From contig WQTK01000339.1 of NCBI GenBank assembly GCA_009786285.1, forward strand, positions 8,061 through 72,060: a DNA stretch of 64,000 bases, written 5' to 3'. Below, one piece after another: positions 57,532-64,000 of this stretch. The notes under the pieces were generated by a model that was not told the origin of the DNA, ran no database searches, and saw nothing but the letters and a program-made list of their open reading frames with translations. Every line of letters starts with the position of its first letter. The stretch's first letter is position 1. Both the position numbers and the translations under genes were made by a program. Origin of the DNA: Candidatus Fibrimonadales bacterium. Its GTDB lineage: Bacteria; Fibrobacterota; Fibrobacteria; Fibrobacterales; Fibrobacteraceae.

Positions 57532-59701
57532 CTTTTCAGTTTTTTTCGCAAAACATGACGATTTCATTTTACGATATAGCGGCGGTTTTGAACTGGATTA
57601 TTATATATGCAGATATTTGCTGACAATACAAAATAATAAAAAACATTTTGCAATGGATGAGCATTTTTATGGAAGATTTTTATATTTTCTCGGAACAAAC
57701 TACTTAGAAGTTGCAATTAATTATGCAAAACGACGTTATAACAAAATCCCCCCAGAAGCTACAGATGTAAAAAAAGAAAGTAAATTATTCTTAAATTGGA
57801 AATCATTATACGAACTTCTGGATTTTCAAGAATGGAATTCAATGCTGACATTTTTGCTAAGGTTAGTCGCTCGCAAAAAACAAAAATTGGAAATTCTTGA
57901 AAAACGATTGGATTTAATATGCAAAACACTTAATCTATGCAAAATAAATAAAGAACTTCTATGCTTTCTATATTTATGGGATTACAATAACTCCATAATT
58001 TATTTGCTAGATGAGGTTAGCAGAGCCATAAATGCAAACTCAGGCAAAATAAGTTACGCCGCAATTGGCCTGCTCGCAAATTATTCCGAAGAAACCGTTT
58101 TGGATGCGCTTTCCAAAGAACGTGGACTGATAAATTTAAATATTTTAAACAGTTCCGAAAAAGGAGGTTTTGGCATTCCAATTGAAATAAGAAAATATTT
58201 AAAAGGACTTGGCTCCGATAATTTCATGGGTATATATGCTGCAAACGACAGCAAACCTGCTTTGCCCATTGAAAAATTTGATTGCCAAAAAGAAGCAAAA
58301 TTTATAATAGATTTGATATCCATGCACAAAAACGAAAAGCCTCTGCATATTTTGTTCTACGGAACGGAAGGCACGGGAAAAACAGAACTCGCAAGGGCAA
58401 TAGCCGCAAATACAAATTGCTCACTCTTGGATATCGGGCGAGGAATTAAAAAACAAGTGCTTGACACGGATGAAGATATTACAAATGCATTGACAAAATT
58501 TCGCATAAGAGCGCTGACAATTACAGAAACTGCACTGAAAAACAAAAGCAATGTTATTCTGCTCATTGATGAAGCAGATAATTTGCTAAACTTCTTTGAA
58601 AAGGGCACTCTGAATCAAATAATGGAAGATATGCGAGTTCCTGTAATCTGGATTAGCAATAATCTGTTTTTTGTTAAAAAATCAAGTTTGCGCCGTTTTA
58701 ATTTCAGCATAAAATTCAAAGACAACAGCGAAAGCATGAGACTCAAAATTTGGGAAAGCGTGGTGGAAAAACATCAGGCTGGCGAGCTTTTCACAACCGA
58801 ACGCATAAAAACTCTGGCTAACAAATACAATGCAAACCCAGGCGGAATAGAACTTGCGGTTTCCAGCGAAATGCAGTTCGCAAAAAACGGCAAACAGGAA
58901 CAAGTAGCAGAACTTGTGCTGAAACAACATCTGGAACTCTTATGCACGCAAAGCAATTATAAAAACACGCAAAGCAAAGCTCCAAAATATGACGAAAACG
59001 TTTTGAATGTACATGGAATGGAAAATGCCCTGCATGCCGCAAAATGCTACGCCGAGTGCCTGAAAAACAAAGAAACGGAAAGCAATTGCACCATGCTCTT
59101 GTATGGCCCTCCAGGAACAGGCAAAACGGAATTCGCAAAGCATTTGGCAAGAATAAGCGAGCTGCCTTTCAAGGAGATAAGTTACAGCAAAATATCTTCT
59201 TGCTATGTTGGCCAAACGGAAAAGCAATTGGCAGCGGCATTTGAAGAAGCATCCAAAGAAGGCTCGCTGCTCTTTATAGACGAGGCAGACAGCCTGATTT
59301 CCGACCGAAGAAACGCAAATCAATCATGGGAAACCACGCAGGTAAATGAATTTCTGGTTCAATTGGAAAACAGCAAATGCCTTGTTGTTTGCTCAACGAA
59401 TTTCCAAGGCAAATTGGACGCTGCAAGCAATCGCAGATTTCATTTTCATTTGAGATTTGATTATCTTAAAAAAGATGGGATTTTTAAAATGGCGCAAAAC
59501 TTTTTCCCGGAATTTGAAGACGAAGCCTGGAACGAGCTTTGCAGCTTGGAATGCCTGACTCCCGGCGATTTTTACGCTGTATATAAGCGCTTGCAGTGGT
59601 TGCCGAAAAATGAACTCTCTGCTTCGCAGGTTACAAAGGAGCTAAGCGAAGTTGCCCTTGCAAAGGAGCCTTATGGAAACAGGCGCATTGGATTTTTCTA
59701 A
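57518..59701 (+). CDS. tandem AAA+ ATPase with an N-terminal domain of about 270 aa of unknown function
   Basis: AAA-1: GTEGTGKT (58361-58384) and LLIDEAD. AAA-2: GPPGTGKT (59105-59128), LLFIDEADSL and SNRRF (arginine-finger region). Confidence 0.8.
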   Translation: MPMIDFSVFFAKHDDFILRYSGGFELDYYICRYLLTIQNNKKHFAMDEHFYGRFLYFLGTNYLEVAINYAKRRYNKIPPEATDVKKESKLFLNWKSLYELLDFQEWNSMLTFLLRLVARKKQKLEILEKRLDLICKTLNLCKINKELLCFLYLWDYNNSIIYLLDEVSRAINANSGKISYAAIGLLANYSEETVLDALSKERGLINLNILNSSEKGGFGIPIEIRKYLKGLGSDNFMGIYAANDSKPALPIEKFDCQKEAKFIIDLISMHKNEKPLHILFYGTEGTGKTELARAIAANTNCSLLDIGRGIKKQVLDTDEDITNALTKFRIRALTITETALKNKSNVILLIDEADNLLNFFEKGTLNQIMEDMRVPVIWISNNLFFVKKSSLRRFNFSIKFKDNSESMRLKIWESVVEKHQAGELFTTERIKTLANKYNANPGGIELAVSSEMQFAKNGKQEQVAELVLKQHLELLCTQSNYKNTQSKAPKYDENVLNVHGMENALHAAKCYAECLKNKETESNCTMLLYGPPGTGKTEFAKHLARISELPFKEISYSKISSCYVGQTEKQLAAAFEEASKEGSLLFIDEADSLISDRRNANQSWETTQVNEFLVQLENSKCLVVCSTNFQGKLDAASNRRFHFHLRFDYLKKDGIFKMAQNFFPEFEDEAWNELCSLECLTPGDFYAVYKRLQWLPKNELSASQVTKELSEVALAKEPYGNRRIGFF

Positions 59702-59711
59702 ATTCTCCCTT

Positions 59712-60764
59712 ATGCGCTCAACGGACTCTTTAAAATGGCAGAGGATGCTCACTGCATACCAGTTTTTCATTCAGAAAAAAGGCAAGCAACAGACTGTTAA
59801 GGATGTTGAATTTTTCCTGAAAAGCACGGGCATAGAAGTTTGCACCCGAGATGTTCAGCGAGATTTGATGGAATTGAAAAACAACGGCGTTTTGGAAAAT
59901 GTCGGGAAGGGCAAGAATCTGAGATACAAAATACCCGCTATGCACGCCATAGACTTTTATAGCGATTTATACGAAAATGATATTTTTTCTTTTTTGCTCG
60001 TATCCAGAATCCTGTTTTGGATGTTTGGCGAAAACATAAGCATTGAATCTTTGGAAAAAGCTATTTCAGAGAGCTCTCGAAAACAAATTGGGCTTCATGG
60101 AAAAGATTTGTATGAGCATCTGTCTGCAAAAATGAGCGGCTTGCTTGAATATGTCGGTGAGCAGAGTGCAAAGAGCGGAAAACCTAAATTTCTGCCAATC
60201 GTTATAAAAGGATTGCTGGAGCTGAGAAAATTGGAAGTTGAATATATAGGCGCCGCAAATGAATTTCCTAAGAAAATAACTTTGGAACCTTGGGCTTTGA
60301 TTGTGTATAAATCAGCTTTGTATATTTTGAGCCCGGACAAATCAATAAAATCCAAATGGAAAACTTTCAAACTGTCTCGCTTTCAAAACGTTAAAATTTT
60401 GAGCGAAGTTTTTGAAAAGGAATCCGGCATTCTAAAGAAAGAGCTTGACCGAATGAAATTCAGCGGAACAATTTGGGACGCAAAAAACAGCCTTGAAGAA
60501 AAATCTGTTTTGATAAAACTTAAGTTTAGCTGGTACGACCGCTTGCTTTTGCAGGAAAATTTATTTTTGAACAATATGAAAATAATCGAGCATAAAAACG
60601 CAGATAAAAACAAGGCTTGGATAGAAGTTCACATGAAAAGCCCCATAAACAAAGACTTGCTGGCTTGGATTCGTTCTTGGGGTTATGACGCAAAAGTTAT
60701 TGCGCCCCAAGAATTGAAAGATGAAATGGTCAATTATGGAAAATGGCTATTACTTCACAATTAG
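59712..60764 (+). CDS. WYL-domain transcriptional regulator (HTH, WYL and WCX architecture)
   Basis: N-terminal HTH (TVKDVEFFLKSTGIEVCTRDVQRDLMELK). A WYL-like core (LEVEYIG...ITLEPWALIVYKSALYIL...WKTFKLSRFQNVKIL). C-terminal LLAWIRSWGYDAKVIAPQELK. Confidence 0.75.
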   Translation: MRSTDSLKWQRMLTAYQFFIQKKGKQQTVKDVEFFLKSTGIEVCTRDVQRDLMELKNNGVLENVGKGKNLRYKIPAMHAIDFYSDLYENDIFSFLLVSRILFWMFGENISIESLEKAISESSRKQIGLHGKDLYEHLSAKMSGLLEYVGEQSAKSGKPKFLPIVIKGLLELRKLEVEYIGAANEFPKKITLEPWALIVYKSALYILSPDKSIKSKWKTFKLSRFQNVKILSEVFEKESGILKKELDRMKFSGTIWDAKNSLEEKSVLIKLKFSWYDRLLLQENLFLNNMKIIEHKNADKNKAWIEVHMKSPINKDLLAWIRSWGYDAKVIAPQELKDEMVNYGKWLLLHN

Positions 60765-60789
60765 CTTTCGGTGGGGATTCAGGGCAATC

Positions 60790-61176
60790 TTATTTCCAAA
60801 AGCCTTTACAGTCTTCGTCTTTTACCGGGCGGTTGTTTATGTAGCATTGCCATGCCCATTTGTCATCTGCTTGCTTGAACTTTGACCAGCCGTGATACTC
60901 GCATTTATTGTTCAGTTTCATCACGGCTACCAGCTTTCTCTCAAACCATTCCCTTTCTTCGCCTCGGTCGTACATTGGTTTTCTTCTGATATAATTTGTC
61001 CATACCCGTTCTTTGCCATAACAAAAATTATTCACATAGTTTTCCCGGCAAATTAAAAATCCGGTTTCCAATTCCATGCATTTTTCATAGCTTTTCCCTT
61101 TTGCATACCATTCACCGGCAAAAACGCTTGCGGCAAGGATTGTTGCCAAAACAACGGCAGTTCTAATAATTGTCAA
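60790..61176 (-). CDS. small secreted Trp/Cys-rich protein, hypothetical
   Basis: The TTG start overlaps the TGA stop of the upstream AAA+ gene (TTGA). It has a signal-like TIIRTAVVLATILAASVFA and 6 Cys in the mature part. Confidence 0.4.
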   Translation of the reverse strand: MTIIRTAVVLATILAASVFAGEWYAKGKSYEKCMELETGFLICRENYVNNFCYGKERVWTNYIRRKPMYDRGEEREWFERKLVAVMKLNNKCEYHGWSKFKQADDKWAWQCYINNRPVKDEDCKGFWK

Positions 61177-63536
61177 AACCCAATCTTCCTGCTGCCGTAA
61201 GGCTCTTTCGCAGCCACCATTCCTTCCAGCTCCTGAATAACCCGTTTTGCGGTAAGCTCGTCTTTGGGCAGCCACTGCAACCTCTTGTACACGGCATAAA
61301 AATCACCCGGAGCCACCGCATCCATCTCGGCTATCTTTTCCCAGTTTTCATCAAAAAAATCAGGGAAAAAGTTTTCTGCCATTTTCAAAATTCCTTCCCT
61401 TTTCAAAAAACCGAAATGCAAATGAAAATGAAATCTGCGATTGCTGGCAATGTCCAAATGCCCCTGAAAATTTGTTGAGCACACAACCATGCACTTCGCG
61501 CTCTCCAGTTGCACCAAAAACTCGTTTGTCTGCGTAACTTCCCAGCTTCTAACTGCGCCCTTGCGATCTGCTATCAAACTGTCGGCCTCGTCAATAAACA
61601 GCAATTCCCCGGATTCGTTAGCCTGCTTAAAAGCTGCCGCAAGCTGTTTCTCCGTTTCGCCAACCCACATGGATGAAATTTGCCCATAGCTTATTTCCCG
61701 GAAAGAAAGCCCGCATTCCCTGGCCAGGAATTTTGCGAATTCCGTTTTGCCGGTTCCCGGAGGGCCGTAGAGAAGCATGGTCATGTTGCCTTCGGAATGC
61801 TTGCTTTTAAGCTGCTCCGAATAACACTTCGCAGAGTGCAAAACTTCGTTTAAATTGGGAATGTTCAGCACGGAGACATCGTATTTCGGAGCGCGGCTGA
61901 CTGTATGCTTGTTTGTTTTCAGACCCATAAGCTCAACGTGGTTTTCCAAAATTTCTTCGCCTATTTCCTTGTGCATCCCGCTTTCCATAAGAGCCACCTC
62001 GTTCTGCACCGCAAGTTCTATTCCGCCTGTGGAAATTTCGTATTTCTCCGCAAGTTTTTTTCTGCGCTCAGGCGAAAATATCTGCTCTGCCTTGTGCTTT
62101 TCAACAACGCTGTCCCAGAGTTTTTTGCGAATATTCTGGTTGCCCAAATCAAAGCTTACGCTGTATTGAAATCTGCGCATTGTTGAGCGCTCAATATTGT
62201 TTATGTTGTTTGTTATCCAAATCACAGGCAGTTTCAAATTTTCCAGAAACCTGTTTAAAATGCCCTTTTCAAAGCCGTTCAAAATCAAGTCAGCTTCGTC
62301 TGCCACCAGCAAAACATCTTTTTCCCTGAGGCAAATTTCAGAAATTTTCAAAGCTCTCACTCTATAAGATATAACGCCTTCCTTGTGCGTTTGCTTGCCG
62401 AAAATTCCCTGGTTGTTTTTGAATTCCGCGCCTATTTCATAGAGCGTTTTGCCGGTTTCCGCAGCTATGGAACGTGCAAGCTCGCTTTTTCCGGTGCCTT
62501 CCATTCCATAGAATAAAAAATTGAGCGAGCGATTGTTTTTATAGCTTTTAATCAAGTCGCAAATCAAAGAGGCTTCTTTCACGCAGTCAAAACGCTCAAC
62601 AGGCAATGCTTTTTTGCTGTCTATTCTTGCGTAATTTTCCAAAAAATTTCCTGAGCCAATTCCGCTTAAAAAATTCTTGACATCCGGCGGCAAATCTCCG
62701 TCTTCGTCAAGAATGCCCAGTTCTATCAGGCCCCTGGGTTTTGAGAGGGAATTCATAATAGAGTCTCTGGAGTGCCCGGTTAAAATGGAAATCACACGGT
62801 CAAGAAAATTGCTTGAGCTGTGCCTGCCCTTGAATGTTTCCATAACGCAGTCGCTAAGGTCATCCATCAGAGAGTCTTTGGATGTGGCAAAAGTCAAAGT
62901 CAAAACATCTTGGGAAACTCTGTCCAAATCCAAAGTTTCGCTTAAAATGCCGAGTCTTTCCTCAAATACATCGCTAAAATACAGAAGCTTGGCCTTGATT
63001 TGCATATCAAGAGCGTACTTGAGCATCTCCAAAAACAGAAAATTCACATCAAACGGATTTTTTACTTCGCTTAGCCAAAATTTGGAATTTAACAATTCGT
63101 TTATCATCAGCCACGACGCAAGAAAATCCGGCGCATGAAGCGCTTTGCCGAGTTTTGTCTCAAACTGGTTCCTGCTCTTCGATTGTTCCGAGTTGTTTTT
63201 CAAGTGATTTCCCGTTATCTCAATGACTCGGTTCAAGCCGTCTGTGCCGAGAAAATCTATGATTTCAACATAATGCTCGTCTCTCAAGCTAAAATCGTAA
63301 TGAGTTTTGTGCATAGAGAGCAGGTACTCAAAATATTTCGCGCATTTGCTTTCCCGCAAAGCCTTTGTGGGGCTGGAATAGCGGGTATAGCTACGCTCGT
63401 CGCTATCTTCCAAAAACCTAGCGAAATTCATTTTCCGAACTTTTTTTCTAATCACACCAGCCATTTCCTCATTTCTCTTCTTTATTATAGTTAAAAACAG
63501 CTTTAAATTTAGAAAATTTCCACTTCCAAACTCCAT
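61173..63536 (-). CDS. tandem AAA+ ATPase, paralog of 57518..59701 (alternative starts at 63464 and 63431)
   Basis: It has the same architecture and long collinear identity, for example MLLYGPPGTGKTEFAK...ELLFIDEADSLI...VVCSTNFQG...SNRRFHFHL...APGDFYAVYKRLQWLPK. Confidence 0.8.
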   Translation of the reverse strand: MEFGSGNFLNLKLFLTIIKKRNEEMAGVIRKKVRKMNFARFLEDSDERSYTRYSSPTKALRESKCAKYFEYLLSMHKTHYDFSLRDEHYVEIIDFLGTDGLNRVIEITGNHLKNNSEQSKSRNQFETKLGKALHAPDFLASWLMINELLNSKFWLSEVKNPFDVNFLFLEMLKYALDMQIKAKLLYFSDVFEERLGILSETLDLDRVSQDVLTLTFATSKDSLMDDLSDCVMETFKGRHSSSNFLDRVISILTGHSRDSIMNSLSKPRGLIELGILDEDGDLPPDVKNFLSGIGSGNFLENYARIDSKKALPVERFDCVKEASLICDLIKSYKNNRSLNFLFYGMEGTGKSELARSIAAETGKTLYEIGAEFKNNQGIFGKQTHKEGVISYRVRALKISEICLREKDVLLVADEADLILNGFEKGILNRFLENLKLPVIWITNNINNIERSTMRRFQYSVSFDLGNQNIRKKLWDSVVEKHKAEQIFSPERRKKLAEKYEISTGGIELAVQNEVALMESGMHKEIGEEILENHVELMGLKTNKHTVSRAPKYDVSVLNIPNLNEVLHSAKCYSEQLKSKHSEGNMTMLLYGPPGTGKTEFAKFLARECGLSFREISYGQISSMWVGETEKQLAAAFKQANESGELLFIDEADSLIADRKGAVRSWEVTQTNEFLVQLESAKCMVVCSTNFQGHLDIASNRRFHFHLHFGFLKREGILKMAENFFPDFFDENWEKIAEMDAVAPGDFYAVYKRLQWLPKDELTAKRVIQELEGMVAAKEPYGSRKIGF

Positions 63537-63586
63537 GAAAAAGCTTTGCGCAAGCTTAATCGCAGCTACTTAAACAAATTTAAACA

Positions 63587-63853
63587 TTAATTATCTTCCT
63601 CTGCAAGAATATCAGCGTGCATCTCTTCAACCGTGGAATAAGTTTTCGCTTTTATTTTTCCTGACATAATATCCCTAGCTTCCTGCATCGCAGCCAAAGT
63701 CTCTTCATTGTATTCCGGCTCCTCATATTGTGGAAAAACTATAACCTCAATCTTTTGCCCTATATATTCACTCGGAATAATAGTATCCAGCCTGTTCCCG
63801 CTAGGGACGCAGGTAGTTCGATACGCTTGCGGATATGCCTGTGTCGCATTCAT
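63587..63853 (-). CDS. small 88-aa protein, possibly antitoxin-like
   Basis: The C-terminal segment NEETLAAMQEARDIMSGK...STVEEMHADI resembles RelB/DinJ-type antitoxin tails. The evidence is weak. Confidence 0.3.
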   Translation of the reverse strand: MNATQAYPQAYRTTCVPSGNRLDTIIPSEYIGQKIEVIVFPQYEEPEYNEETLAAMQEARDIMSGKIKAKTYSTVEEMHADILAEEDN

Positions 63854-64000
63854 AAATGCCTCCGGTTCAAATATACAAAATATTACAAGTTACTTTGTTC
63901 TCCGTCTTCGTAGAGAATGTATATAATTCATAATAAATCATCCCAAAGAACCTCCATTTCGCTTCAAAATATTATCCATATCTTCTATTACATATATTAT

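Noticed and set aside
63543-63559. The AAGCTT-TGCGC-AAGCTT hairpin between the 88-aa gene and the AAA+ gene
   Set aside because: It has only a 6-bp stem built from two HindIII-type palindromes. There is no U-tract, so it is too weak to call a terminator or regulatory structure.

Overview
This is a bacterial chromosomal segment, probably from an FCB-group organism. Fibrobacterota or a relative is suggested only by two proteins carrying the 'Fibrobacter succinogenes major paralogous' (FISUMP) domain.

The window alternates between higher-GC core genes and three AT-rich accessory blocks. The core genes are hydG (3' end), gmk, a CDF transporter, cysK, hisE, thiL, queF, hisS, rnc, acpP, fabG, argB, map, mltG, nadA, a Wza-like exporter and murI. 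I counted G+C on three sample lines: 31/60 at 23761-23820 (cysK), 14/60 at 13381-13440 (recC) and 14/60 at 55621-55680 (island 3).

- Block 1 (about 6.2-22.8 kb) is a co-directional, tightly packed array. It encodes an HExxH/Het-C-like protein, a membrane protein, a wHTH plus nucleotidyltransferase pair, and recC-recB-recD-sbcD-sbcC.
- Block 2 (about 38.45-40.45 kb) holds a decayed restriction-enzyme remnant and a second wHTH plus nucleotidyltransferase pair.
- Block 3 (about 49.0 kb to the window end) is the most interesting region. It is a gene cluster without mobility genes, encoding:
  - RhuM
  - an SF1/UvrD-like helicase with an unusual N-terminal Cys domain
  - a protein made of four tandem C3H zinc-knuckle repeats
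  - a protein with an H1-like tail
  - a sacsin-type GHKL ATPase fused to a DUF3883-like nuclease domain
  - a zinc-ribbon-FISUMP protein
  - two convergent paralogous tandem-AAA+ ATPases
  - a WYL-domain regulator

Four transcription units in block 3 are preceded by the same quasi-palindromic operator-like motif (CGACA-N5-TGkCG) at a fixed distance from a TATATT box. I propose block 3 as a candidate WYL-regulated, multi-operon defence-like system whose gene content matches no named system that I recognise.

I saw no rRNA, tRNA, CRISPR array, integrase or transposase.
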